IMG/VR virus record: IMGVR_UViG_3300047560_000921
Coordinates: 124,001 to 188,000 of that record
Length of the DNA stretch: 64,000 nucleotides
Strand: one strand, 5' to 3'
The translations under genes and the position numbers were made by a program. This document shows, in pieces, positions 1-8,615 of the stretch; positions within the stretch are counted from its first letter, which is position 1; each line of letters begins with the position of its first letter. Under the pieces are notes generated by a model, which saw only the letters and a program-made list of their open reading frames with translations, had not been told where the DNA came from and made no database searches.

Positions 1-1
1 C

Positions 2-616
2 AACAATGTCTGGACAAATAGCTTCTTCCCATTTCTCGCCACTAGCACTTAGTTTAGCACTAACACTGAATGTCACAAAGCGACTTTGCTTTTCGCCTAG
101 TGCAGGTTGTTGCCAAGCATTTAAGAAGTCGCGGAATCCTGGCTGTAGCTTTTGAGTGCCGTTAGTTTCAAAAGTAATGTTTCTAAGATTGTGCATCTTA
201 GGATTGCTAATTAGTTCTTCGTACGCACGTTGCCAACCTAGTAACGGTTCGCCACCTGTAATAACTAGATGCACATCATTGCCGTTGTCCTGTAGCCAAT
301 CGCCACTAGGGCAAATTGCTCGCATAGAATCAACTAGCTCTTCTGTAGTGTATGTTGGACTTAGTTCTTTAAATGCAGGATGCCAACTTGCATAACTGTC
401 ACAACCAGTATTAACTAGTGGTAGCTCTTCAAATGTGTTGTACATGTGTACGACTTGTGCTACATCGTCTGCTTCGGTACTCTTCTCGCCTGGCTTGCAT
501 CCAAACCCTGCACAAGTAAAGTTACAACCAAATGTACGCAAGAACACACTAGGTACACCAACAAAGCGACCCTCGCCTTGCAAACTATAAAATTTCTCAG
601 ATACCTTGATCTTCAT
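2..616 (-). CDS. queE: 7-carboxy-7-deazaguanine synthase QueE-like radical SAM protein (5' part; runs off the left edge, absent from the ORF track)
   Basis: Manual translation: MKIKVSEKFYSLQGEGRFVGVPSVFLRTFGCNFTC...CDSYASW...HLVITGGEPLL. SLQGEG, FLRxxGCN and ITGGEP are QueE hallmarks; FolE and a QueD-like gene are in the same operon. Confidence 0.85.
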   Translation of the reverse strand, partial: MKIKVSEKFYSLQGEGRFVGVPSVFLRTFGCNFTCAGFGCKPGEKSTEADDVAQVVHMYNTFEELPLVNTGCDSYASWHPAFKELSPTYTTEELVDSMRAICPSGDWLQDNGNDVHLVITGGEPLLGWQRAYEELISNPKMHNLRNITFETNGTQKLQPGFRDFLNAWQQPALGEKQSRFVTFSVSAKLSASGEKWEEAICPDIV

Positions 617-998
617 AATACTTCCATTTCCATCCTAATCGTTTCAAATCGTTTTCGATTTCTTCTTTAACTTGACCTTCGTTGGCAAACGTTCTGCCTT
701 CGTCGCCCATTTCGTCGCCGTCATGATCCGCATCACGAATGCCACTACAGTAATAGTCTAAGTAGTCTTCGTCGCGCTTGCCCAGACCCGCAACAAAGCC
801 ACCTGCCCAACGCCAACTGCAACTCCATTCGTTGTTACCAGTTAATACAGGCAGGAATTCTGTTTCTTTGTACCAAATAATGTTGCACAATGCCGCATAT
901 AAGTTTTGTGCATATATCCTGTCGTGAATTATTTTACCAACAACAACGGGGTCGTTGGTAATGTCGTCGCTTAAACTAACGTGTTCTTCAAGGTCCAT
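597..998 (-). CDS. hypothetical phage protein
   Basis: 133-aa ORF in operon orientation, directly downstream of a sigma70 promoter. Confidence 0.7.
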   Translation of the reverse strand: MDLEEHVSLSDDITNDPVVVGKIIHDRIYAQNLYAALCNIIWYKETEFLPVLTGNNEWSCSWRWAGGFVAGLGKRDEDYLDYYCSGIRDADHDGDEMGDEGRTFANEGQVKEEIENDLKRLGWKWKYYEDQGI

Positions 999-1003
999 GT
1001 CGT

Positions 1004-1032
1004 ATTATAACTTATAATGTCTTTTGCGTCAA
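1004..1032 (-). promoter_or_regulatory. sigma70-type promoter
   Basis: TTGACG-N17-TATAAT on the minus strand just upstream of ATG 998. Confidence 0.75.
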
Positions 1033-1604
1033 GTCCACATTTTCTTACAAGCATCGATGATTTGTTGGTTCCGGATAAAAGCCCTATCCACTAATCCAAT
1101 TTGTTTATCAAACCATTCTGCGCCAACACTAGCACTAGTAGGCGTAGGAATACTGATTTTGGCAGTACTGTCGGGACCTTCTCTTACGATACCAATGTTA
1201 TGCTTGTGCAATAGCCTGACCATTTTGTCGTTGTAGCTCAAGCAATGCATATAGACCCAATTGTAATTTCTATTCTGGCACCAGCGTAAAGCAAACAGTA
1301 ACAAGTCACTGCCAGCGCCGTGTCGCTGATACTTCTTATCGATGCTTAGGCCAATCTCGGCTTCTTCGTCGTTGTTAATTGCAATGTGACAAATACCAGC
1401 AATGTTGCCTTCAATGTCTTTAACTGCAATAATTGTGTCAACGTCTTTGGCCGCCCACTCATCAATCATTTTGTCAATCATGTATTCGGTAGCATGGTAA
1501 CTAAAGCGACATGTTAGACTATCTGGATCTAAGCTCTTTAAATGCTTGCGATAAATTTCCCACTTGTCTGTTGTTAAGACAAATGGGTGTGTTAAGTTAG
1601 GCAT
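1029..1604 (-). CDS. GNAT family acetyltransferase
   Basis: AEIGLSIDKKYQRHGAGSDLL acetyl-CoA motif A; MHCLSYNDKMVRL. Confidence 0.8.
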   Translation of the reverse strand: MPNLTHPFVLTTDKWEIYRKHLKSLDPDSLTCRFSYHATEYMIDKMIDEWAAKDVDTIIAVKDIEGNIAGICHIAINNDEEAEIGLSIDKKYQRHGAGSDLLLFALRWCQNRNYNWVYMHCLSYNDKMVRLLHKHNIGIVREGPDSTAKISIPTPTSASVGAEWFDKQIGLVDRAFIRNQQIIDACKKMWT

Positions 1605-1824
1605 TGGCTAGTACCGAGGCAACTGACTTCATTTCTTCTGGGTTTAGAAAAAACTCGTAAGTGCTTTCGTTGATTTGTTCGCCTTTGTCGTTAAACTCTT
1701 CGCGAACAAAGTAAACAGCTTTAAGGTTAGATGGACGTAGTACGTCATTGACCTTAACAGTCATTTTGAAACTAGGTGTGTCAGTAATAACTGCTTGTCT
1801 TGTGTTTAGGTTAAAAGTTGTCAT
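1597..1824 (-). CDS. hypothetical protein
   Basis: 75-aa ORF overlapping both neighbours by a few bases. Confidence 0.65.
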   Translation of the reverse strand: MTTFNLNTRQAVITDTPSFKMTVKVNDVLRPSNLKAVYFVREEFNDKGEQINESTYEFFLNPEEMKSVASVLANA

Positions 1825-2249
1825 TTCTCTGCCTTCTTGTAATTTCCTTTTGACGGGATTACATGTCTAACGCCGCCAGTAGGATCCTCCATATCACCGT
1901 GATATCTAGGAATAAGGTGTACGTGAGGCCAATCAACAGTTTGGCCCGCCGCCTTACCGTAGTTAAGTCCAATGTTAAAGCCGTCCCATTCGCCGTTCTT
2001 AACACGTTCTTTACCGTGGTCGATTGCATCTTCAAATGCATTGTTTAAAACTCTTGTGTTGTTATATTTTGGGACAAACAACAAATGTCCGTAGTTAACA
2101 GGGTACTTGTCTCTGTATACAGCAACGTGAAAGTCTTCCCACACTAACTCTGTCCATGGTGCGGTGCTATCTTCTTTACTGTCTGGTATCCCTGGAAAAA
2201 TCTTTTCGTCACGCATTTTTAATTTCTCTAAATCTTTCAAGAAACGCAT
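1821..2249 (-). CDS. HIT family nucleotide hydrolase
   Basis: DKYPVNYGHLLFVPK; GFNIGLNYGKAAGQTVDWPHVHLIPR (HxHxx HIT motif). Confidence 0.9.
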   Translation of the reverse strand: MRFLKDLEKLKMRDEKIFPGIPDSKEDSTAPWTELVWEDFHVAVYRDKYPVNYGHLLFVPKYNNTRVLNNAFEDAIDHGKERVKNGEWDGFNIGLNYGKAAGQTVDWPHVHLIPRYHGDMEDPTGGVRHVIPSKGNYKKAEK

Positions 2250-2391
2250 CGATTAAACATTCATACATTTTTTCAGTGCGTTCGTTGGAGTAGGTTACCC
2301 ATACTCCTGCATCATTTTCGTAGACCATTTCAACTTTGAACGACTCAAAGTTTGATCCTGACCATCTACTACCTGGATTTACTCTATTCAT
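2209..2391 (-). CDS. hypothetical protein
   Basis: Likely start ATG 2391 (TAATG coupling with the PRTase stop). Confidence 0.6.
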   Translation of the reverse strand: MNRVNPGSRWSGSNFESFKVEMVYENDAGVWVTYSNERTEKMYECLIDAFLERFREIKNA

Positions 2392-2888
2392 TATTCCCAC
2401 CAATTTTCCCAAGGGAAGACTAACCACTTGTCTTCTTCTGCCTTGTTAACATAGCTAGCGGCGTAGTCAACACGTTTAAATTCGCTAGCTTCGTTGTTAA
2501 TTAAAACAGCAAAGCGAACATTTTCATGCCATACACCATTCCACGCTACATCATGTGGGAAACAGCCACTAGGCCAATCATTTTTAATCCATTCTAATGT
2601 TGCGCCACTATCATTAATATCGTCAACAATAAGAATATTCTTTCCTGCCAATGCATCTTCGGCCATCCATAAGTTTGACTCTGGACCAAGTTCACTGCCA
2701 TCGCGCAAACTAACGTTCAGTGTATGCATGGGAACCTGTAACCAATGACTTAACATAGTAGCAGGTACAAGCCCGCCGCGAGTTAAGCCAACAACATAGT
2801 CTGGACGCCATCTGGCAATGGTAATTTGTCTAGCAATGTTTGACACATAGCTTTTCAAAAGTTTATCGTCAATATATACTTTGTTCAT
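2391..2888 (-). CDS. type I phosphoribosyltransferase (xanthine/guanine PRT-like)
   Basis: VVGLTRGGLVPA and ILIVDDINDSGATL PRPP-binding motif. Confidence 0.9.
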   Translation of the reverse strand: MNKVYIDDKLLKSYVSNIARQITIARWRPDYVVGLTRGGLVPATMLSHWLQVPMHTLNVSLRDGSELGPESNLWMAEDALAGKNILIVDDINDSGATLEWIKNDWPSGCFPHDVAWNGVWHENVRFAVLINNEASEFKRVDYAASYVNKAEEDKWLVFPWENWWE

Positions 2889-3376
2889 TTAAGTCCTCTT
2901 AACATCCATTCGGCCAACATGTCTCGAATCTCGGGATATTTGTTCATTAAGTCTTCGTTGTTTGACATTGTCATAAACGCACGTTTAATTGCGTAAATGT
3001 CTTCCACCAATCTGTCCCAGTTAACAGTATGTTCTTTTGTTTTAAAAATAACCTGTTCGTCTTCTACATCTATTTGTAACTTGGCTTCCATATTAGTAAA
3101 GGTACCATTCCAACCAGCATTACTGCCTACAGCGCCAATGCCTACGTTGTAATTACTGCTCAATGTAGCAGTAGTAGTACCGCTGGCACCAATGCTAATG
3201 TAGGACGGAACTGTAACAGTGCCACTAGCCATGGTTGAATTTGTAATAGTAGAATTCAAAATGGCATCAATGTCTGCGCTATTAATTGTAATTGTATCCG
3301 TACTATTAATAGTGTACTCAGACTCGTCCTTCCAATCAAACTCCAAAGGAGTTAAATCATCTAATGGATGAGTCAT
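2885..3376 (-). CDS. hypothetical protein (Ser/Thr-rich middle)
   Basis: 163-aa ORF tightly packed in the operon. Confidence 0.65.
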   Translation of the reverse strand: MTHPLDDLTPLEFDWKDESEYTINSTDTITINSADIDAILNSTITNSTMASGTVTVPSYISIGASGTTTATLSSNYNVGIGAVGSNAGWNGTFTNMEAKLQIDVEDEQVIFKTKEHTVNWDRLVEDIYAIKRAFMTMSNNEDLMNKYPEIRDMLAEWMLRGLK

Positions 3377-3378
3377 AG

Positions 3379-4074
3379 TTACCTCGGTGCAAACTCTTGT
3401 TGGAGTTTAATGTTATCAAAAAACTCTTTCTTTGTACCTTGGTCAGTGTTAAATGCACCTTTAAGCACAGTAGTCTGGGTTAACGAACTATGTGCCATAA
3501 TGCCGCGATTCTCACAGCAACCGTGTGTAGCTTGAATGTAAACGGCTACATTTTCCGAGTCTGTTGCTTTGGATATTTCTCGTGCAATGTCATTACAAAG
3601 TTCCTCTTGAAGAGTACCACGACGAGCACACCACTGAGCAATACGAGTATACTTACTAAGGCCAATAAGTTTGTTGGCAGCAATAATGCCAATATAAGCG
3701 ACACCACTAACAGGCTGGTGGTGATGGCTACACATAGAACGTAGTTCACTACGAACAACCAACATGCCTTCGTATCTATCTTCGCTATCATTCGGGAAAG
3801 CAGTCGCGTCTGGTGCTGGTTCATATCTACCTGCCATAATTTCGTTAAAGTACATTTTAGCTAGACGCTTCGCCGTACCGTGCGAGTTAGGATCGGTTTC
3901 GCGGTCAATAAGCAATGAGTCTAAGACTTGTTCAAATGCTTGAGTAGCTTCACTGATTAATGCTTCTTTTTGTTCCTCGTCAACATAATCGCTGATGTTG
4001 TCGCCTGCCCAGAAGCGTTTGCCCTGAGACTTCATTTGTTCTCTAATTACTTGCGATAAATTCTTTTCACTCAT
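3379..4074 (-). CDS. folE: GTP cyclohydrolase I
   Basis: SMCSHHHQP, IGLSKYTRI, LQEEL, HGCCENRG: FolE zinc/active-site motifs. Confidence 0.95.
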   Translation of the reverse strand: MSEKNLSQVIREQMKSQGKRFWAGDNISDYVDEEQKEALISEATQAFEQVLDSLLIDRETDPNSHGTAKRLAKMYFNEIMAGRYEPAPDATAFPNDSEDRYEGMLVVRSELRSMCSHHHQPVSGVAYIGIIAANKLIGLSKYTRIAQWCARRGTLQEELCNDIAREISKATDSENVAVYIQATHGCCENRGIMAHSSLTQTTVLKGAFNTDQGTKKEFFDNIKLQQEFAPR

Positions 4075-4552
4075 TGTTATTGTCCTTCAAAATGTTCTTT
4101 AAATTTTCAGCTTCGGCTACACGCTTACGTAAACTACTAGAGCTAAAGCTATGATCTCTACTGTTAAAAACTAACTGGATGTTCCTGGAGTGACACTCTA
4201 CTCGTCCAGTAAAGTTTTTATCTTCGTACTCGACTCCTAGTATTCTAACATCAATAGGCAGAATAAGCAAGAGGTCAACTAAGTCTTGCTCTGTGTTATA
4301 CACTACAATTTCGTCCACATAACGAACAGCGGCCAATTGGATTTGTCGTTCGACAATACTTTGGATTGGTGCGTTCTTCTCTGGACGATCCCATTGTGCA
4401 TTATTTTGGAGTCCTGCAATTAAGTAGTCACAATGATTCTTAGCTTCGGCCAGCATAGCAATGTGTCCGGCATGTAACATGTCAAACTGACTAAAGGTAA
4501 TACCAATCTTTAGTCCTTTATCTTTAAGCTCTCTGACCTTGCTAAAAATCAT
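4067..4552 (-). CDS. cytidylyltransferase (TagD/RfaE-II-like HxGH nucleotidyltransferase)
   Basis: FDMLHAGHIAML (HxGH), QSIVERQIQL, SSSSLRKR. Confidence 0.9.
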   Translation of the reverse strand: MIFSKVRELKDKGLKIGITFSQFDMLHAGHIAMLAEAKNHCDYLIAGLQNNAQWDRPEKNAPIQSIVERQIQLAAVRYVDEIVVYNTEQDLVDLLLILPIDVRILGVEYEDKNFTGRVECHSRNIQLVFNSRDHSFSSSSLRKRVAEAENLKNILKDNNNE

Positions 4553-5628
4553 TTAATGTTCCTTAATATACCTTCGGCAGTAAAGAAGTTGCTCTTAACA
4601 AGATCTTTAGTTTGTACAATAGTTTCGTAATGACCTTGATTCTTCAAAGCAGTCATTGTTGCTCTAATGTATTCGATCATACGATCCTTGTAAGTTAGAT
4701 AACTGTCAAAACTTTCTGTCCAACGAGAATCATACTTAAAGTCTTGCGGGTACATTTCTGTATAGCTAAGTCTGTTTGGCATCATAGGAAATGCGTTAAC
4801 ACACAATGCTTCGTAACAGCTAATGCCTAGAGTTTCTTGTAAGTTTGCACTAAACACAATTCTACTGCGACCAAGTAGTTCATGATATTCTTTCTTGGTC
4901 AATTGTTGTTCTTGTGCTACTACCCATTGGTACTCTGGCATTGCCGCCGCTAAGTCTTTAAAGATATCTAATTGTTTCTCTGGAGCAATACGATGTGGGA
5001 ACAGTATAATGTCTTCCTTAGGAATGTCTTTAAACGGAACTAACGTTTCGTCTAAGTATTCCATTGGCCAACCACTGCGTACAATTTTACCTGTGTGCAG
5101 TTGTTCCTTAACCCACCACTCTGCACCATCTGCAAAAACTTCTGCAAACAGTTTGATATGGAAGTCTGTAGCAAAGTAGTTATGGTCAACAGCACTAAAG
5201 AAACTGATCTCTGCATGACGTACCCACTTGGCATCGCCGATTAAGCGTCCTAAGAAGTCTTGTGGGTCATAGCTACCAGCGTGCCACAATGCGTGAATAG
5301 TTACAGGAATCTGCAACAGTTCACTCATGTACTTTAAGTTTATGATACCAGGGTGCCAAGCATCAGTAAAGATAAAGTGATCGCCGGCACGAACGGCTCC
5401 GTCACAAAATAACCTGCCCATTTGCTCAACTTGAGCAGACTTATAGATATTAGTCCCGCCAAAATTAAGAAAGGCGCCAGGAGTAGTGGCACTAGGAATG
5501 TCCGTAGGACCAGAGATAATTTGAACATTGTGACCTGCCTTTTGTAAGAGATCAGGTACATGGGTCTTCCATTGGCCCGTGTACCTTGTTTCAACGCTTT
5601 CTAAATCAACTAGAAAAACGTTCGCCAT
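4549..5628 (-). CDS. GT-B fold glycosyltransferase (GT4-like)
   Basis: FPHRIAPEKQ and SANLQETLGISCYEAL (E-x7-E GT4-type motif); start at ATG 5628 by TAATG coupling. Confidence 0.8.
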   Translation of the reverse strand: MANVFLVDLESVETRYTGQWKTHVPDLLQKAGHNVQIISGPTDIPSATTPGAFLNFGGTNIYKSAQVEQMGRLFCDGAVRAGDHFIFTDAWHPGIINLKYMSELLQIPVTIHALWHAGSYDPQDFLGRLIGDAKWVRHAEISFFSAVDHNYFATDFHIKLFAEVFADGAEWWVKEQLHTGKIVRSGWPMEYLDETLVPFKDIPKEDIILFPHRIAPEKQLDIFKDLAAAMPEYQWVVAQEQQLTKKEYHELLGRSRIVFSANLQETLGISCYEALCVNAFPMMPNRLSYTEMYPQDFKYDSRWTESFDSYLTYKDRMIEYIRATMTALKNQGHYETIVQTKDLVKSNFFTAEGILRNIK

Positions 5629-5939
5629 TACTTCTTCCACGAATCAGGAACTGCCACATGTGGTCGATTCCATGCACTCTTGTAAACACCAACGTGGATC
5701 TTGAGCTTCTTAGGACTGCGATCCTCGGTTAGTTGAATCACTGCATCAAATGTTACAGAGTTCTCTTTGTATTGTTCTTCTGGCAGGTCATAACCGTAAA
5801 TCAAACGGTCTTTCTGCAAGTCACGCAAGTATGCGTGGAACAAGTCTGCTACAAGGTAACCACTACCTTCGTACATGATACCATCGTATGGCTCTGCAAT
5901 TTTAAGTAGGTCATACTTAATATTGTCCATGCTCATCAT
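5628..5939 (-). CDS. hypothetical protein
   Basis: ORF between the QueD-like gene and the glycosyltransferase; start reassigned to MMSMD. Confidence 0.6.
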   Translation of the reverse strand: MMSMDNIKYDLLKIAEPYDGIMYEGSGYLVADLFHAYLRDLQKDRLIYGYDLPEEQYKENSVTFDAVIQLTEDRSPKKLKIHVGVYKSAWNRPHVAVPDSWKK

Positions 5940-5955
5940 GGGTCTAATCATTGGC

Positions 5956-6321
5956 TTAGTATTCTGTATATGCGCCATTTTCGTCGTCCTCGGAAATATC
6001 GATCCGGACACTGCGTCCTGGATACTTGGATGAAATTTGTTTGTACAAGTCTTCTGACATCATTTCGCAACTCTTAAAGTCTAGTTGCAATGTGCCATCT
6101 TTGTATAAGTTCTCTAGCCAGCGTTTAAACTGGATGAACTCAATATCCCTGTCATCGTGCGTTACACTAATGTAAACTTTGAAATGGAAGATATGACGAT
6201 GTGGGTAGCCAAGAAAGCTAACATCGTATTCGTCTCCTGTTGCAAGGTTAGGGTCCGTTAGTGCCGCTGGGTATTTGTGAATACCTTCTTTTTGAAATTT
6301 TACGTAAATCCACTTTTGCAT
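5956..6321 (-). CDS. queD: QueD-like 6-carboxytetrahydropterin synthase (T-fold)
   Basis: EGIH...PHRHIFH metal-binding His cluster, SCEM, C-terminal SEDDENGAYTEY; size 121 aa; folE/queE context. Confidence 0.7.
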   Translation of the reverse strand: MQKWIYVKFQKEGIHKYPAALTDPNLATGDEYDVSFLGYPHRHIFHFKVYISVTHDDRDIEFIQFKRWLENLYKDGTLQLDFKSCEMMSEDLYKQISSKYPGRSVRIDISEDDENGAYTEY

Positions 6322-6323
6322 GG

Positions 6324-6842
6324 TTACTCCTTAATTGGCGTGTCGCCAACATAATCTTTCCAGTCAGTGTAGACTGCTCTGGACTTTAGTGTTTCCAATG
6401 GATGGCACCAAACACCTGGGTTACTGTGTCCCCAAGTAGTGTCATCAATCTTCAACGTTGCGTTGTAATTGTACAATTTAATGTAAGGCAACTTAACGCT
6501 AATCATAGGAATGAATGTAAAGAATTCATTCCAACCTTCTTCATGAATGTCGTTGGCAAACTCAACGCCAAAGTCCAATGTAACCCAATAGCCCTTTTGT
6601 AGAAGTGGAGTGATCATAGCATCCCATTTGCGCCAATCTTCTTGACTCTTGGGTTGAAAACTTTGACTAGTTCCAAAATACAAATGTCTTAGGTTGTTGT
6701 CTGTGGCGTGCTTGATAATTTCTTCAATTGGTTGAACACCCACAACGAATAAAGTCTTTTCATCCTTCATTGCTGTGTGTTCGACTTCTGTACCAACAAA
6801 GTAAATTACTTGCTGACGACCTTGTGTATCAAGTTCAAGCAT
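6324..6842 (-). CDS. conserved hypothetical phage protein
   Basis: 172-aa ORF in the operon; no recognised motif. Confidence 0.7.
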   Translation of the reverse strand: MLELDTQGRQQVIYFVGTEVEHTAMKDEKTLFVVGVQPIEEIIKHATDNNLRHLYFGTSQSFQPKSQEDWRKWDAMITPLLQKGYWVTLDFGVEFANDIHEEGWNEFFTFIPMISVKLPYIKLYNYNATLKIDDTTWGHSNPGVWCHPLETLKSRAVYTDWKDYVGDTPIKE

Positions 6843-7740
6843 TGTTGTTCCATTTAATGTACCCTCTGGAATATCCAGCGGGACGATTTAATCCGTCAGT
6901 AAAAGCCTGTTGCCACTCTGTATCTCTATTATACTCCTTAGACCAGAAACTGTCAACACTAATGTCGCCATTAGTTATCCAGTACTCTGCATCCTTCATA
7001 CACTGATAAAACTTATCAGTTCTAGGACTAGGAAATATAATAGTGCAAGCCTTCCACAACAATGATGCAAATGTAGTTTCGATTTTCTTTTCTACGCCCA
7101 TAACAACTAATGCTTCGTTGGCAAGCATAGCGTTAACAAACACATCGTCATGTGGACTCAAATCAATTACAACATCAAATAATCCGTCGTATTGTGGACT
7201 GAGTGCATTGCCCCATAGTTCTTTGTTACTGTTACCGCATACAGTGATTTCAAAATCCAAATGATTCAACAGTATAGTATTGTAAGCTACCCAAGCTAAA
7301 AAGCCACTGCCTAGAATTAAGAGTCTTTTTCCGGGGCCGCTTCGTTCGGCAATTTCGCGTATGGGTTGTTGTACCACGTTAATGCCGCAAGCCACTGGCT
7401 CCAAAATATATCGTGGTAAAGGCTCTGGAACCTTAACATACTCTCTAGAACGAACATTGTATTCGTCTGCGTATCCTGGTTCTCCTCTTGTTGCGACATA
7501 GTCACCTACCTTTACATCGTTAACGAATTCACCAACTTCGAATACTTGACCCAAGCCTTCATGTCCGTGCATGTGTTCAGGAAGTGGACCAAATCCACCT
7601 GTCATCATATCAATGTCACTGCGACATACGCCGGTCATTACAGACCGTACGGCAATCTCATCTGGTTTACACAAAGGCCTTTCGTAAGTTGTTTCAATAA
7701 ACTCTCCGTTGCCTTTGGTAACTAAATGCCTTGTAATCAT
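6835..7740 (-). CDS. zinc-type medium-chain (sugar/polyol) dehydrogenase
   Basis: GVCRSD, GHEGLG (GHE motif), EPVACG, ILGSGFL Rossmann motif; start 7740 by ATGA overlap. Confidence 0.85.
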   Translation of the reverse strand: MITRHLVTKGNGEFIETTYERPLCKPDEIAVRSVMTGVCRSDIDMMTGGFGPLPEHMHGHEGLGQVFEVGEFVNDVKVGDYVATRGEPGYADEYNVRSREYVKVPEPLPRYILEPVACGINVVQQPIREIAERSGPGKRLLILGSGFLAWVAYNTILLNHLDFEITVCGNSNKELWGNALSPQYDGLFDVVIDLSPHDDVFVNAMLANEALVVMGVEKKIETTFASLLWKACTIIFPSPRTDKFYQCMKDAEYWITNGDISVDSFWSKEYNRDTEWQQAFTDGLNRPAGYSRGYIKWNNNA

Positions 7741-8615
7741 AAATCTTCTATTTGTTGGTGAATCCAAATGTCCTGTGTCAGTTGATTCTGCCAGAACGTG
7801 TCATTGTCTTTGTTTGTAATAGCATGTGACACCATGGCCTTATATGCACTTTCAGGACACAAGCCTAACGAATGTTTTACAGCACTGAATTTCATTCCAA
7901 AGCTAATATAAACATCGTCGGCTAAATCGTCTTTCCAGTTAGCACTTAAGATCCATTTAGTGTTGCCATTTTGATACTCTAACGTGCAGTAATCATCTAC
8001 ATTGTAAATGCCTTGCTTGTTTACAGTACCATAATCAGTATCAACAATACTATTTAGGTCATGGCGTTGTTCTGCCACTTTTGTTAGTGTAGTACCTTTA
8101 GTGATATCTGTCAATGCACAATAGTAACTTAACATGTGAGGAATTAAGTCTCTACTAACGCCACCAAATGCTTGCTCTTTATTTGTAAACCAACTACCCG
8201 GATTGGGTACTCTGTTTTTGCTATTCCAAACTACTCTGACAACTTCACATTGGTCTGCTAGTTGTTTAAAGTGGGTAATAGTGTCTCTATATTGATTATT
8301 CTTAACCATCATGAATCTAGTATTGGGAAAGTCTGCAACTAACTTAGCCCAAACATTATGATCCTTGACTCCGGGTTTCTCTACAAATACAATGCCTGCA
8401 TGTGGTGCAACTTCTCTGGCAATTTGTTCGTGTGTATAATTTGGAGTACAAATATTCACAGTATCAAAATAACCATGGGCGGCAACAGCGTATCCGATAT
8501 GTGTAAAGTCAGCATCACGAACTGGGTCAACGGTTACTACTTGATGACCCAGTTGTTCTAATACTGTGCGATAGACAGCGTTACCAAAGCCCATGCCCAC
8601 TATTAAACTTTTCAT
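7737..8615 (-). CDS. Gfo/Idh/MocA family oxidoreductase
   Basis: IVGMGFG Rossmann motif, ICTPNYTH, FVEKP, GGVSRDLIPH. Confidence 0.9.
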   Translation of the reverse strand: MKSLIVGMGFGNAVYRTVLEQLGHQVVTVDPVRDADFTHIGYAVAAHGYFDTVNICTPNYTHEQIAREVAPHAGIVFVEKPGVKDHNVWAKLVADFPNTRFMMVKNNQYRDTITHFKQLADQCEVVRVVWNSKNRVPNPGSWFTNKEQAFGGVSRDLIPHMLSYYCALTDITKGTTLTKVAEQRHDLNSIVDTDYGTVNKQGIYNVDDYCTLEYQNGNTKWILSANWKDDLADDVYISFGMKFSAVKHSLGLCPESAYKAMVSHAITNKDNDTFWQNQLTQDIWIHQQIEDL

